Notes under the pieces: generated by a model | What the model was told of the DNA's origin: nothing | Seen by the model: the letters and a program-made list of their open reading frames with translations, nothing else | The model's database searches: none | DNA from: Gammaproteobacteria bacterium | GTDB taxonomy: Bacteria > Pseudomonadota > Gammaproteobacteria > Pseudomonadales > JADFDG01 | DNA length: 64,000 nucleotides | Assembly: GCA_018262975.1 (NCBI GenBank) | Contig: JADFDG010000002.1 | Span: 93,523-157,522, forward strand | Direction: 5' to 3' | Part shown: piece by piece, positions 51,375 to 61,528 of the stretch | How positions within the stretch are numbered: the first letter of the stretch is position 1 | Layout of the letters: each line of letters starts with the position of its first letter | Position numbers and translations under genes: made by a program

Positions 51375-52697
51375 TCAGTCGTAGCGGTTCCCCGTGATCT
51401 GGTGCGCCAGCCCGATCGCGTAGTTGTCGGTCATGCCCGCGATGAAGTCGACCACGCGCATGTAGGACATGTAGGGCGATTCACCGGCTGACGGCCGATT
51501 GTTGGAAATCAGCCCGAGCAGCTTGCGGTTACGGAAATTCGAATCGCCGCGCGCCTGCAGCTCCTGCACCGCGCCGGCGTAGGCATCGAACAACACCGCG
51601 ATGGTGGAGAACGCCCCGATCTCGATCTGCGTCTTGCGGTGGTTGTTGAAGATGCGATCGCGGGCCAGTTGCTTGGCCGCGCGAATGCCATCGCGGAGGT
51701 CAGGCGGACAGTAGTCGATCAGCTCCCCCTCCAGCGTGCCGCGCAGCAATTCTGCCTGCTGGCGTACGAAGGCGATCGACAGCTCGTTGACCAGCCGTTC
51801 CACCACCTTGCCACGCCACGCCGCCAGGCGACGGCGATCGCTGTACTTGTCGACCGCCGGCGGCCGCTCGTTGTCGGACAGCATCTGGTAGATGGGCTCG
51901 ACATCCTCGTAGTCGAGGATATCCATCTCGTTGCCGTCCTCGAGGTCGATGATCGCGTAGCAGACGTCGTCGGCCGCTTCGGTCAGGTAGGCCAGCGGAT
52001 GGCGGCACCAGCGCTCCTCGCCGAGCTGCACCAGGCCCAGCCGGTCGGCCACCTCGGCGACGATCGGCAGTTCGGTGCGGCAGATGCCGTACTTGCCGTG
52101 CTCGACGTGCCGCGAACTGAACGGATACTTCATCAGCGCACCGAGGGTGGCGCAAGTCAGGCGCATGCCGCCTTCGAACTGGTTGTACTCGATCTGCGTG
52201 ACCATGCGCAGGCCCTGCGCATTGCCCTCGAAATTGATCAGGTCGCGCTGCTCCCCGGCCGACATCCCCTCGAGCAGGCCTCGCGCCCGCGCCGCATGGA
52301 ACCAGTCGCGGATCGCGTACTCGCCGGCGTGACCGAACGGCGGATTGCCGATGTCGTGGGCCAGGCAGGCCGCCTGCACGATGGCGCCAAGGTCCGCCGG
52401 GCCGGCCCAATCGGGCAGCATGCCGGGCATCTCGGCGCGCATCAGTTCGCCCACGCGCATGCCCAGCGAACGGCCCACGCAACTGGCTTCCAGCGAGTGC
52501 GTGAGCCGCGTGTGCACGTGGTCGTTGCGCGACAGCGGGTGCACCTGCGTCTTGCGGCCGAGACGGCGGAACGCACCGGAGAAGACGATCTTGTCGTGGT
52601 CCTTGTGGAACGGCGAGCGACCGAGTTCGTCCTGCGCCGCATCGCTGGAATGGTAGCGGGTGCGGTTCAACAGGCGGGTCCAGTCCATCTGCGACAT
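51375..52697 (-). CDS. dGTPase-like HD-domain deoxynucleoside triphosphate triphosphohydrolase
   Basis: SPFHKDHDKIVFSGAFRRLGRKTQV, H.RLTHSLE and AHDIGNPPFGH motifs. Confidence 0.85.
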   Translation of the reverse strand: MSQMDWTRLLNRTRYHSSDAAQDELGRSPFHKDHDKIVFSGAFRRLGRKTQVHPLSRNDHVHTRLTHSLEASCVGRSLGMRVGELMRAEMPGMLPDWAGPADLGAIVQAACLAHDIGNPPFGHAGEYAIRDWFHAARARGLLEGMSAGEQRDLINFEGNAQGLRMVTQIEYNQFEGGMRLTCATLGALMKYPFSSRHVEHGKYGICRTELPIVAEVADRLGLVQLGEERWCRHPLAYLTEAADDVCYAIIDLEDGNEMDILDYEDVEPIYQMLSDNERPPAVDKYSDRRRLAAWRGKVVERLVNELSIAFVRQQAELLRGTLEGELIDYCPPDLRDGIRAAKQLARDRIFNNHRKTQIEIGAFSTIAVLFDAYAGAVQELQARGDSNFRNRKLLGLISNNRPSAGESPYMSYMRVVDFIAGMTDNYAIGLAHQITGNRYD

Positions 52698-52711
52698 GCG
52701 TGCCTCGCGGG

Positions 52712-53134
52712 TCAGTCAGTGTTGCGCCGGTCGCGACGCAACCAGGCAAGGTAATCACCGGACGGGACCGGCACCAGGCCGCTCACGTCGCGGGCATACA
52801 GGTAGACCCAGGCCATCACGTCACTGCCGTCGTCGCGGGTGACCGCGACCACCCGGCGCACGTACTCGTGCGGTGGCGGGAAGGCCGGGCTGCATTCTTC
52901 GTATTCATCGAGGCGTGCCAACAAGTCGCCGCCGGCAGGCACGCGGTACAGGTCACCGCGTACCGGTCCGTCACCGCGCGCCACGCAGGCGGGATAGTCG
53001 CCGACATCATACAACCGGCCGGCAATGCTGCCCTCGCCCAGCCATTGCGCCGAGCGTGCCAGCCACTGCTGTTGCGGGGCCGCGTGGCCGCGGCGCAAGG
53101 TGCCGTAGACGAACAGGCAATCCGGCGGGGACAT
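52712..53134 (-). CDS. gamma-glutamylcyclotransferase (GGACT/AIG2-like) family protein
   Basis: LFVYGTLRRG N-terminal motif. 140 aa. Confidence 0.7.
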   Translation of the reverse strand: MSPPDCLFVYGTLRRGHAAPQQQWLARSAQWLGEGSIAGRLYDVGDYPACVARGDGPVRGDLYRVPAGGDLLARLDEYEECSPAFPPPHEYVRRVVAVTRDDGSDVMAWVYLYARDVSGLVPVPSGDYLAWLRRDRRNTD

Positions 53135-53146
53135 CGTGTCAGCCGC

Positions 53147-54148
53147 TCACACCAATGCCCGGTCGATGGCCGCGAACACCTGCGCGCGCAACCCGGGGGA
53201 TTCGTTGGCCAACTGGTGGCGGCCGGTGGGCACCATGGTGACCTGCGCCTGCGGGAATTTCGCGCGGATCACCCCGAGGTTGTGCCGCCAGTCGACGGTG
53301 CCGTCCTCGTCGCCCTGCACCACCACCAGCGGGTAGTCGCACGGCGCCGCGCGCTCGATGCGCGGGATCCAGTTCTTCATCGCCCCCACCCAGCGCGTGG
53401 ACAGGCGGCGCGACTGCAGCGGGTCCTGCTCGCGCAGGAAGCGCAGGAAGTCCTCGTCGTGCGAATTGGTGGCGAACTTTCGGTCGATGTAGGCGCGGAA
53501 CGGGGCGAGCAGGTAATACAGCACGCGGTTCAGCGGCCAGTGCACCGGGCGCACCAGCGGCGCCAGTGCCACCACCGCGCCGAAGGCGGAAGTCTCGCGG
53601 CTGGCGCGGGTGCGCAGCAGCCACTCCATGATGATGGCCCCGCCGGTGCTCTGCGCCACCACGTTGAGCGGCACCGCCAGGCGCGTCTGCGCCAGGCCGT
53701 CGAGCATGGCATCGAGCACGTACTGGTATTCGCTGAAGTCGCGGATCGCCGCCCGGTCCCCGCCGGACAGCCCGTGCCCGGGCAGGTCGAAGGCCAGCAC
53801 GTCGAAACCGCGCGACAGCAGGTGTTCGATCACGTGGTCGAAGATACCGACGTGATCGTAGTAGCCGTGGATGACCAGCACCGTGCCGCGCGGCTCAGGC
53901 ACCTGGAAGAGCTGTACGGCGATGCGGTAGCGGATGCCGGTGGGCGGCATCACGTCGACGTAACCCAGCCCGTGGCGCAGGCCCGCCACGCGGCCACCGA
54001 AGTCCAGCCCGTAGTAGCGCACGTAGTCGGCCAGCGCACCGGTCGCCGGGGCCGGCTCGGCCCAGTCGACGGGCGACAGGGCGGCACGGGCGGCTTCGAC
54101 GTCGAACATGGGGCTACCTCGGGGATCACCGGCTGATACTGCCGGCAA
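53147..54148 (-). CDS. alpha/beta hydrolase (lysophospholipase-like)
   Basis: VLVIHGYYDH and nucleophile elbow AQSTGG. The true start may be the internal Met at about 54109. Confidence 0.75.
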   Translation of the reverse strand: MPAVSAGDPRGSPMFDVEAARAALSPVDWAEPAPATGALADYVRYYGLDFGGRVAGLRHGLGYVDVMPPTGIRYRIAVQLFQVPEPRGTVLVIHGYYDHVGIFDHVIEHLLSRGFDVLAFDLPGHGLSGGDRAAIRDFSEYQYVLDAMLDGLAQTRLAVPLNVVAQSTGGAIIMEWLLRTRASRETSAFGAVVALAPLVRPVHWPLNRVLYYLLAPFRAYIDRKFATNSHDEDFLRFLREQDPLQSRRLSTRWVGAMKNWIPRIERAAPCDYPLVVVQGDEDGTVDWRHNLGVIRAKFPQAQVTMVPTGRHQLANESPGLRAQVFAAIDRALV

Positions 54149-54226
54149 GCATCGTGGGCCGATCTTACACCTGTGCTAACTTTCCCTCGCTACAGACCGG
54201 CACGCAAACAAGGAACCCCGGATCGC

Positions 54227-56104
54227 ATGGCCGCCTCACAGTTCACGCTCCTTGGCGAGCGCCGCTACGGACCGTTCTTCCTCACCCAGGCGCTCGGCGC
54301 GCTCAACGACAACCTGCTGAAGAACGCGCTGGTCATCATGGCCACGTTCCACGCCGCCGAGTACAGCAGCCTCGACCCCAACGTGGTCACCCAGCTGGCC
54401 GGCGCGCTGTTCATCCTGCCCTTCCTGCTGTTCTCGGCGATCGCCGGGCAACTGGCCGACAAGCTCGACAAGGCGCAGGTGATGCGCTGGGTAAAGGTGG
54501 CGGAACTGGCGATCATGATGGTGGCCACCGTCGGCTTCTTCATCAAGAGCCTGCCGCTGCTGCTGTTCGCCCTGTTCTGCATGGGCACCCACTCGGCATT
54601 CTTCGGCCCGGCCAAGTACGGCTTCCTGCCGCACGTGCTGGGCGACCGCGAGCTGACCGGCGGCAACGCCCTGCTGGAAGCGGGCACCTTCCTGTCCATC
54701 CTGCTCGGCACCCTGCTCGCCGGCCTGCTGGCGGCGCAGGCATCCCCGGCGGCGCTCAGTGGCGCGCTGCTGGGCATTGCCCTGGTGGGCATCGTCGCCA
54801 GCCGCTACATCACGCCGGTCACGCCGTCGGCACCGGAGCTGGTGGTGAACTGGAACCCGGCCACGACCACCTGGTCGGCGCTGAAGTACGCGCGCGGCAA
54901 TGACACCGTCTTCAAGTCGCTGGTGGGCATCAGCTGGTTCTGGGCGCTGGGCGCGGTGGTGCTCGGCGCCTTGCCGGGCTACACGAAGTTCATGCTCGGT
55001 GGCGACGAGACCGTGGTCACCACGTTGCTGGCGGTGTTCTCGGTGGGCGTGGGCGCGGGCTCGCTGCTGTGCGATCGCCTGTCGAGGCACACCGTGGAAA
55101 TCGGCCTGGTGCCGCTGGGCTCCATCGGCCTGAGCGTGGCGCTGGCCTGGCTGTGGAGCGCTACCCCGGCGCAACCGGCCGCCGGCATGGGTGCCGCGGA
55201 ATTCCTGCAACTGCACTGGCCGGTCGCCGCGGCGCTGGGCACCCTCGGCCTGTTCGGCGGCTTCTACATCGTGCCGCTGTACGCGCTGGTGCAGTCGCGC
55301 ACCGAGAAGAGCCACATCTCGCGCATGCAGGCCGCCAACAATGCCCTCAACGCGTTCGCCATGGTGCTGGGCGCACTGGCCACCAGCGCGCTGCTCGCCG
55401 CCGGCCTCGACCTCGCCACCGTGTTGCTGGTGGCCGCCGTGGTGAATGCCGTGGTGGCGATCTACATTTACACGCTGGTGCCGGAATTCCTGGTGCGCTT
55501 CGTGATGTGGATCGTGCTGAACGTCATCTACCGCCTGCGCATCGTCGGCGACGAGCGCATCCCGCGCGAAGGCCCGACGCTGGTGGTATGCAACCACGTC
55601 AGTTACGTGGACGCGCTGGTGCTCGGCACCGCCTTCTGGCGCCCGGTGCGCTTCGTCATGTACTACAAGATCTTCCGCATCCCCGTGCTGAGCTGGTTCT
55701 TCCGCACCGTGAAGGCCATCCCCATTGCCGGCAAGGGCGAGGATGCCGCGCTGCTCGAGGAGGCGTATCGCCGCATCTTCGCCGAGCTCGATGCCGGCAA
55801 CCTGGTGTGCATCTTCCCGGAGGGCGGCCTGACCAGCGACGGCGAGATCGCCGAATTCAAGGGTGGCGTGCTGAAGATCCTCGAGCAACGCCCGGTGCCG
55901 GTGATTCCCTGTGGACTGGGCGGCCTGTGGGGCAGCACCTTCTCGCGCGTGAAACCCGGCATGCAGGACGAAGACATGGCCGGCAAGTTCACCGGGCCGC
56001 TGCGCCGCGTGGTATTGCGCATCGGCGAACCGATCGCGCCGGATCGCGCCAGCCTGGATGCGATGTTCGCGGAAGTGACGCGACTGCGCGGGATTCGCCG
56101 CTGA
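54227..56104 (+). CDS. MFS lysophospholipid transporter (LplT-like) fused to PlsC-type acyltransferase
   Basis: An N-terminal 12-TM MFS domain (FFLTQALGALNDNLLKNAL) and a C-terminal acyltransferase with the NHVSYVDA (NHxxxxD) and FPEGG motifs. Confidence 0.8.
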   Translation: MAASQFTLLGERRYGPFFLTQALGALNDNLLKNALVIMATFHAAEYSSLDPNVVTQLAGALFILPFLLFSAIAGQLADKLDKAQVMRWVKVAELAIMMVATVGFFIKSLPLLLFALFCMGTHSAFFGPAKYGFLPHVLGDRELTGGNALLEAGTFLSILLGTLLAGLLAAQASPAALSGALLGIALVGIVASRYITPVTPSAPELVVNWNPATTTWSALKYARGNDTVFKSLVGISWFWALGAVVLGALPGYTKFMLGGDETVVTTLLAVFSVGVGAGSLLCDRLSRHTVEIGLVPLGSIGLSVALAWLWSATPAQPAAGMGAAEFLQLHWPVAAALGTLGLFGGFYIVPLYALVQSRTEKSHISRMQAANNALNAFAMVLGALATSALLAAGLDLATVLLVAAVVNAVVAIYIYTLVPEFLVRFVMWIVLNVIYRLRIVGDERIPREGPTLVVCNHVSYVDALVLGTAFWRPVRFVMYYKIFRIPVLSWFFRTVKAIPIAGKGEDAALLEEAYRRIFAELDAGNLVCIFPEGGLTSDGEIAEFKGGVLKILEQRPVPVIPCGLGGLWGSTFSRVKPGMQDEDMAGKFTGPLRRVVLRIGEPIAPDRASLDAMFAEVTRLRGIRR

Positions 56105-56125
56105 TACCCCTGCGACGGGACGGTG

Positions 56126-56773
56126 TCAGCGACGCGTCTCCTTTCGGCGGCGAGCCTTGAGCACCCGGTCGAGGCTCGCCAGCGTACCGGCCGGCTTGTA
56201 GTTGCCCAGGTTGAGCTTGACCATCGACGACTTGCTGTCGCCGGCCAGCACGTGCGGGAAGCCGCGACCACCCATGTAACTGAACAGGCGGTCCTCTTCG
56301 GGTCCGTGCTCCGGGTTGACGCGCACCTTGATGAAGCCACGCAATTTCTTCTGCACCTGCGCATCAGGCAGGACGGCCGCGTCGAACTTCTTGCAGTAGC
56401 CGCACCAGTCCACGTAGAAGTAGACGAACACCGGCGCGCCGGTGCGCTCGCTCTCGCGCATGGCGGCCTGGTAACCGGCGGCACCGCGATACCAGGTGTT
56501 GCTGTCGTAGGTGGATGCAGTCGCGGCCGCCGGTGCGCGGGTGATGGCGGAAGTTGGGGGCATGGCCCCCTCGCTACGCGGGCGCGGCGCGGCGGCGGGC
56601 GCAGTGCCGCTCATCGAGGAGATCGGCTGCAGGTCAACTTCGCCACCGGTGCCCGCCGGACACGGCGACGCCTGGTAGACCGTGCGACCACCGATGTTGC
56701 ACTTGTAGAAGCCGCTGCCCCAGGAAACGGCAGGCAGCAGCACCGCCAGGGCCAGCGCCACGGAGATCTTCAT
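56126..56773 (-). CDS. DUF4124 + thioredoxin-fold (WCGYC) secreted protein
   Basis: Signal peptide MKISVALALAVLLPAVSWG, FYKC..GG..VYQ..PC (DUF4124), then VFVYFYVDWCGYCKKF. AGGAGG lies 7 nt upstream of ATG 56773. Confidence 0.75.
   Translation of the reverse strand: MKISVALALAVLLPAVSWGSGFYKCNIGGRTVYQASPCPAGTGGEVDLQPISSMSGTAPAAAPRPRSEGAMPPTSAITRAPAAATASTYDSNTWYRGAAGYQAAMRESERTGAPVFVYFYVDWCGYCKKFDAAVLPDAQVQKKLRGFIKVRVNPEHGPEEDRLFSYMGGRGFPHVLAGDSKSSMVKLNLGNYKPAGTLASLDRVLKARRRKETRR
56556..56577. repeat. REP-type element embedded in the coding linker of the DUF4124-thioredoxin gene
   Basis: GGGGGCATGGCCCCCTCGCTACG on the plus strand, translated on the minus strand as ...RSEGAMPP... Confidence 0.75.
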
Positions 56774-56871
56774 CAGGTGGCCTCCTGCCACGTGCCGGTT
56801 ATTGCACCGACTATAAGCGCGGCGCCCGGCGCCCCGGCTTCCGCCTGTCGGGCGCCGTGCCCTTCCATGCC

Positions 56872-57936
56872 TCAGTTCACCTTCGCGGCGAGTTCGCCCT
56901 TGGCGTAGCGATCGGTCATCTTTTCCAGCGACATCACCTTGATCTTCGACGCCTGGCCGCTGGTGCCGAAGGCCTCGTAGCGGGCGATGCAGATGTCGCG
57001 CATGGCGGCGATGGAGTCCTTCAGGTACTTGCGCGGATCGAACTCGGCCGGGTTCTTCGCCAGGTGACGGCGAATCGCGCCGGTGGACGCCAGGCGCAGG
57101 TCGGTGTCGATGTTCACCTTGCGCACGCCGTGCTTGATGGCCTCGACGATCTGCTCGACCGGCACACCGTAGGTTTCCTTGATGTCGCCACCGTGCTCGT
57201 TGATGATCTTCAGCCAGTCCTGCGGCACGCTCGACGAGCCGTGCATCACCAGGTGCGTGTTCGGGATGCGCTTGTTGATTTCCTTCACGCGCTCGATGGC
57301 GAGGATATCGCCGGTGGGCGGACGCGTGAACTTGTAGGCGCCATGACTGGTGCCGATGGCGATGGCCAGTGCGTCCACGCCGGTGTCCTTCACGAAGCGC
57401 GCGGCCTCTTCCGGGTCCGTGAGCAACTGCGAGTGGTCGAGGGTGCCCTCGGCGCCCACGCCGTCCTCCTCACCGGCCTGCCCGGTTTCCAGCGAACCCA
57501 GGCAACCGATCTCGCCTTCCACCGACACGCCGCAGGCATGCGCGAAGTCCACCGTGGTCTTCGTCACGCGCACGTTGTAGTCGTAGTCGGCCGGCGTCTT
57601 GCCGTCTTCCTTCAGCGAGCCGTCCATCATCACCGACGAGAAGCCGAGCTGGATGGAGCGCTGGCAGATGGCCGGCGACGTGCCGTGGTCCTGGTGCATG
57701 CACACCGGGATATCCGGGAACTCCTCGATGGCCGCCAGGATCATGTGGCGCAGGAACGGCGCGCCGGCGTACTTGCGGGCACCGGCCGAGGCCTGCACGA
57801 TCACCGGCGCGTTGCACTTCTGCGCAGCCTCCATGATGGCGCGCATCTGCTCGAGGTTATTCACGTTGAAGGCCGGTACGCCGTAGCCATTCTCGGCGGC
57901 GTGGTCGAGCAATTGACGCAGGGTGATGAGTGCCAT
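56872..57936 (-). CDS. fba: class II fructose-1,6-bisphosphate aldolase
   Basis: [55 protein letters not shown]. 354 aa. Confidence 0.9.
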   Translation of the reverse strand: MALITLRQLLDHAAENGYGVPAFNVNNLEQMRAIMEAAQKCNAPVIVQASAGARKYAGAPFLRHMILAAIEEFPDIPVCMHQDHGTSPAICQRSIQLGFSSVMMDGSLKEDGKTPADYDYNVRVTKTTVDFAHACGVSVEGEIGCLGSLETGQAGEEDGVGAEGTLDHSQLLTDPEEAARFVKDTGVDALAIAIGTSHGAYKFTRPPTGDILAIERVKEINKRIPNTHLVMHGSSSVPQDWLKIINEHGGDIKETYGVPVEQIVEAIKHGVRKVNIDTDLRLASTGAIRRHLAKNPAEFDPRKYLKDSIAAMRDICIARYEAFGTSGQASKIKVMSLEKMTDRYAKGELAAKVN

Positions 57937-57947
57937 GGTCTGTTACC

Positions 57948-59207
57948 TCACTGGATCTCGGCCGGCAGCGGGTGCTGCGCGGCGAATTCGCTGTAAACCG
58001 CGTTGATGTCGTCGCCGTCCTCGAGGGTCGGCATCACGTGCAGCATGAAGAACTGCTGGCGTGCAGACTCCTGGGTATCGGCGTCCACGCCGCTGGCGGC
58101 CAGTTGGGCCTGCACCTCGTCCCAGTTGCCGGAGGTCATGTCCGGCATCGGTGCCGTCTCGCCGCCGGCTTCCGGCTCCACGTAGGACTCCTCGGCCCAG
58201 CCTTCGCCGCCCGTCTCGCCGTCCGCGCCGGCTTCGCCTTCAGCCTCACCGCCGTACTGGCGCATCATTTCCTCCAGCGCCGCCTGCTCCTTGGCCGCCT
58301 CGGCCGTTTTCACATAGTCCTGGTAGGCCGGGATGGCAACGGCCGCAAGGATACCGAGGATGGCGATCACGATGAGGATGGACGCGGCACCGCCACCACC
58401 CGCGCCGACGCGCGGAATGAAGAAGGCCAGTACATAGGCGAACGGATTGCGCGACGGCGCCTCCACGCTCTCTGCGCCACGCGCACGCAGCATGTGCGCC
58501 ATGCGCTTGGTGAGCCACGGATAGTCTGCGATCAGTTCGTGGAAGCTCATCCAGAAACCACCGGTGGCGCGCACCTGGTGCAGCCACTGGCTGCGGGCCA
58601 GCGCTTTCCAGCGGGTATGGCCGGCAGCCAGCACCGACATCGCGTTGACCGCCGACTGCTCGCGCTCGCATACCGCGGAACCATGCAGGTCGCAGCTGTA
58701 TTCCTGCGCGCGACGGTAGGCCGCACCGATCAACGGCAGCCAGCTCACCGGCAGCAGCAACCAGCCACGGGTCAGGTGCTTGAGCCGGACATGGCCCAGC
58801 TCATGGCCAATGTAGAAGTCGATGGCGTCCTGGTCGTCCTGCAAGGCATCGACGATCGACGAGTACAGCACGACGTAGTCGTTGCCGAGGAAGCGGGTCG
58901 CCAGCGCATTGAGGATGCCATCCGAGTTCTGCAGGTACAGCGTCGGACGCTCGGCGATACCGAGCTTCTCGCACGCGCGGACATGGCGCGCGTGCAGGTC
59001 GGGGAACTGGTCAGGCGTCACTTCCACCGCATTGCCGCGCAGCATGGCAATGAAGCCGGACTGCGCGAACAGGTAGAAAAGGAAGAAGAACAGCACGTAA
59101 AGCCAGACCAGGCCGAACGTGGCCAGGGTGACGCCCACCCAGAAAATGCCGGCCAGCACCGCCAGGATGGTGAACAACGTCTTTTCGCGCGCGTATTGCA
59201 GGTTCAT
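57948..59207 (-). CDS. M48-family zinc metallopeptidase with pilin-like transmembrane helix and acidic C-terminal tail
   Basis: HELGHVRLKH (HExxH). Later ILIVIAILGILAAVAIPAYQDYVKTAEAAK, then a Glu/Gly-rich tail. AAGGAAG lies upstream of ATG 59207. Confidence 0.8.
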   Translation of the reverse strand: MNLQYAREKTLFTILAVLAGIFWVGVTLATFGLVWLYVLFFFLFYLFAQSGFIAMLRGNAVEVTPDQFPDLHARHVRACEKLGIAERPTLYLQNSDGILNALATRFLGNDYVVLYSSIVDALQDDQDAIDFYIGHELGHVRLKHLTRGWLLLPVSWLPLIGAAYRRAQEYSCDLHGSAVCEREQSAVNAMSVLAAGHTRWKALARSQWLHQVRATGGFWMSFHELIADYPWLTKRMAHMLRARGAESVEAPSRNPFAYVLAFFIPRVGAGGGGAASILIVIAILGILAAVAIPAYQDYVKTAEAAKEQAALEEMMRQYGGEAEGEAGADGETGGEGWAEESYVEPEAGGETAPMPDMTSGNWDEVQAQLAASGVDADTQESARQQFFMLHVMPTLEDGDDINAVYSEFAAQHPLPAEIQ

Positions 59208-59237
59208 CGTTTCTTCCTTGTATGTGGAGCACCGGGT

Positions 59238-59260
59238 CGGGGGCATGGCCCCCTCTCTAC
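59238..59260. repeat. REP-type element (intergenic, pgk / M48 peptidase)
   Basis: CGGGGGCATGGCCCCCTCTCTAC. Confidence 0.8.
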
Positions 59261-59267
59261 GATCCTT

Positions 59268-60455
59268 TCAGGCCTTGGCGCGCTGTTGCAGGACTTCGAC
59301 GGCGGGCAGGACCTTGCCCTCGACGAACTCGAGGAAGGCACCGCCGCCGGTGGAGATATAGCCGATACGATCAGCCACACCGTACTTGTCGATGGCCGCC
59401 AGCGTGTCGCCGCCGCCGGCGATGGAGAACGCGCTCGATGCGGCGATGGCTTCCGACAGCACTTTCGTGCCGTTGCCGTACTGGTCCACCTCGAACACGC
59501 CCACCGGGCCGTTCCAGAGGATGGTCTTGCTCGACTGCAGCAACGCCGCGAACTGCTTCGCCGTCTCCGGACCCACGTCGAGGATCATCTCGTCGTCGGC
59601 GATGTCGTTGACGCTCTTCACCACGGCATTCGACGCGGCCACGCGCGCCATGAAGTCGTCGCCTTCCGGCAGCTTCGCGACCACGACGTCGACCGGCAGC
59701 GGCACCTTCACCTTGGCGGCAATCTGCTTCGCGGTATCGACCAGGTCGTGCTCGCACAGCGACTTGCCGACATTGACGCCCGCGGCAGCCAGGAAGGTGT
59801 TGGCGATGCCGCCACCGACGATCAGCTGGTCGCAGATGCCGGACAGCGAGGTGAGCACGTCCAGCTTGGTGGAAACCTTCGAACCGGCCACGATGGCCAC
59901 CATCGGGCGCTCCGGCTTGAGCAGCGCCTTGCCCAGCGCGTCCAGCTCGGCGGCCAGCAGTGGGCCGGCGCAGGCCACCTTGGCGAATTTCGCCACGCCG
60001 TGGGTGGAACCCTCGGCGCGGTGCGCGGTGCCGAAGGCATCCATCACGAACACGTCGCACAGCGCCGCGTACTGCTGAGCCAGCTCGTCCTTGTTCTTCT
60101 TCTCGCCCTTGTTGAAGCGCACGTTCTCGAACAGCACCAGTTCACCGGGCTTCACGTCCACGCCGCCGAGGTAATCCTTCAGCAGCGGCACCGGGCGACC
60201 GAGAGCCTTCTCCAGGTATTCCGCCACCGGCTGCATGGAGTTCTCCCCGGAGAACACGCCCTCCTCCGGGCGACCCAGGTGCGACATCACCATCACCGCC
60301 GCGCCCTTCTCCAGCGCCAGGCGGATGGTCGGCAGCGAGGCGACGATGCGGGCGTCGGAGGTGACCTTGCCGTTCTTCACCGGCACGTTCAGGTCCTCGC
60401 GGATGAGCACGCGTTTGCCCTTGAGGTCGAGGTCAGCCATCTTGATGACGTTCAT
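59268..60455 (-). CDS. pgk: phosphoglycerate kinase
   Basis: [26 protein letters not shown] parallels the E. coli Pgk N-terminus. Also [10 protein letters not shown] and STGGGA. GGAG lies 6 nt upstream of ATG 60455. Confidence 0.92.
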   Translation of the reverse strand: MNVIKMADLDLKGKRVLIREDLNVPVKNGKVTSDARIVASLPTIRLALEKGAAVMVMSHLGRPEEGVFSGENSMQPVAEYLEKALGRPVPLLKDYLGGVDVKPGELVLFENVRFNKGEKKNKDELAQQYAALCDVFVMDAFGTAHRAEGSTHGVAKFAKVACAGPLLAAELDALGKALLKPERPMVAIVAGSKVSTKLDVLTSLSGICDQLIVGGGIANTFLAAAGVNVGKSLCEHDLVDTAKQIAAKVKVPLPVDVVVAKLPEGDDFMARVAASNAVVKSVNDIADDEMILDVGPETAKQFAALLQSSKTILWNGPVGVFEVDQYGNGTKVLSEAIAASSAFSIAGGGDTLAAIDKYGVADRIGYISTGGGAFLEFVEGKVLPAVEVLQQRAKA

Positions 60456-60480
60456 CTGCATCTCCGCCGTTCGTTGTACA

Positions 60481-60506
60481 TGTAGAGAGGGCGCCGTGCG
60501 CCCGAT
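60481..60506. repeat. REP-type element (intergenic, gap / pgk)
   Basis: TGTAGAGAGGGCGCCGTGCGCCCGAT. Confidence 0.8.
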
Positions 60507-61528
60507 TACTGCTTGCTCGTGTCACGCAGGAACAGGCACAGGTCGACCAGCCTGTTCGCATAGCCCCACTCGTTGTCGTACCACACCATCAGCTTGGCGA
60601 GGTTGCCCAGCAGGTGCGTTTCCGTCGCGTCGTAGATCGCCGATTCGCGGCGGCGGTTGAAATCGATGCTCACCAGCGGCTGGTCGTTCCAGCCGATGAT
60701 GCCGTGCCAGTCGCCGAAGCTGGCCTGGCGGAACAGCGTGTTGATCGCCGGCGCGGTGGGCGGCTGGCGCAGCTCCACCGACAGGTCGAGCAGGCCGACG
60801 TTCTGCGTGGGCACGCGCACCGAGTAACCGGTGATGCGTCCCTTCAGCCACGGCAACACCTGCTGCACCGCGCCGATGGCGCTGGTGGTGGTCGGGATGA
60901 TGCTCTGGCCGGCGGCGCGCGCACGGCGCAGGTCGCGGTGCACGTGGTCCAGCAGGTGCTGGTCGGAGGTCACCGCATGGATCTCGGTCATCAGCACGCG
61001 CTCGACGCCGAACGCGTCGTTGAGCACGGACAGCACCGGCGCCAGGCAGTGGGTGGTGCAGGAGGCCGCGGAGATCACCCGGTGGTCAGCGGTGATGCCG
61101 GCGTGGTTCACGCCGTACACCACCGTGGTGTCAGGCTCGTCGAAACCGACGGCGCCGATCACCACGCGCTGCGCCCCGGCGGCCAGGTGGCGCGCCGCGT
61201 CGGCGCGCGCACGGAAGTGGCCGGTGCATTCGAGCACCAGGTCCACCTGCAGCGCTTGCCAGGGACAGTCGGCAGGGTCGGGAACCGCCAGCAGCGTCAC
61301 CGGCTTGCCGTTCACCACCAGCGCGCCATCCTCCAGCGCGACCTCGCCGCTGAACGGCCCGTGCGTGGAGTCGTAGCGCGTCAGGTGGGCGATGGCGTCG
61401 GGGCGACCGAGGTCGTTGATGGCAACGACCTCCACCCCGAACTCGCCGCGCTCGTGCAGCGCACGCAACACGTTGCGGCCGATGCGGCCGTAACCGTTGA
61501 TCGCGATGCGCAGCGGGCGCGACTTCAT
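60506..61528 (-). CDS. gap: glyceraldehyde-3-phosphate dehydrogenase (type I; possibly erythrose-4-P dehydrogenase-like)
   Basis: [28 protein letters not shown] (catalytic Cys), [11 protein letters not shown]. Confidence 0.9.
   Translation of the reverse strand: MKSRPLRIAINGYGRIGRNVLRALHERGEFGVEVVAINDLGRPDAIAHLTRYDSTHGPFSGEVALEDGALVVNGKPVTLLAVPDPADCPWQALQVDLVLECTGHFRARADAARHLAAGAQRVVIGAVGFDEPDTTVVYGVNHAGITADHRVISAASCTTHCLAPVLSVLNDAFGVERVLMTEIHAVTSDQHLLDHVHRDLRRARAAGQSIIPTTTSAIGAVQQVLPWLKGRITGYSVRVPTQNVGLLDLSVELRQPPTAPAINTLFRQASFGDWHGIIGWNDQPLVSIDFNRRRESAIYDATETHLLGNLAKLMVWYDNEWGYANRLVDLCLFLRDTSKQ

Noticed and set aside
51364-51380. 12-bp palindrome CTGACGCGTCAG spanning the two convergent stop codons of the OmpA-family and dGTPase-like genes.
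   Set aside because: It is too short and lacks a loop or T-tract, so I would not call it a terminator. It probably arises from the juxtaposed TGA stops.
51375-52697. dGTPase-like gene as an anti-phage dNTP-depletion defence gene.
   Set aside because: It lies in core-genome context, convergent with the OmpA gene and next to housekeeping genes, with host-like composition. This is typical of the housekeeping Dgt-type paralog found in most proteobacteria. Nothing here suggests a dedicated defence role.
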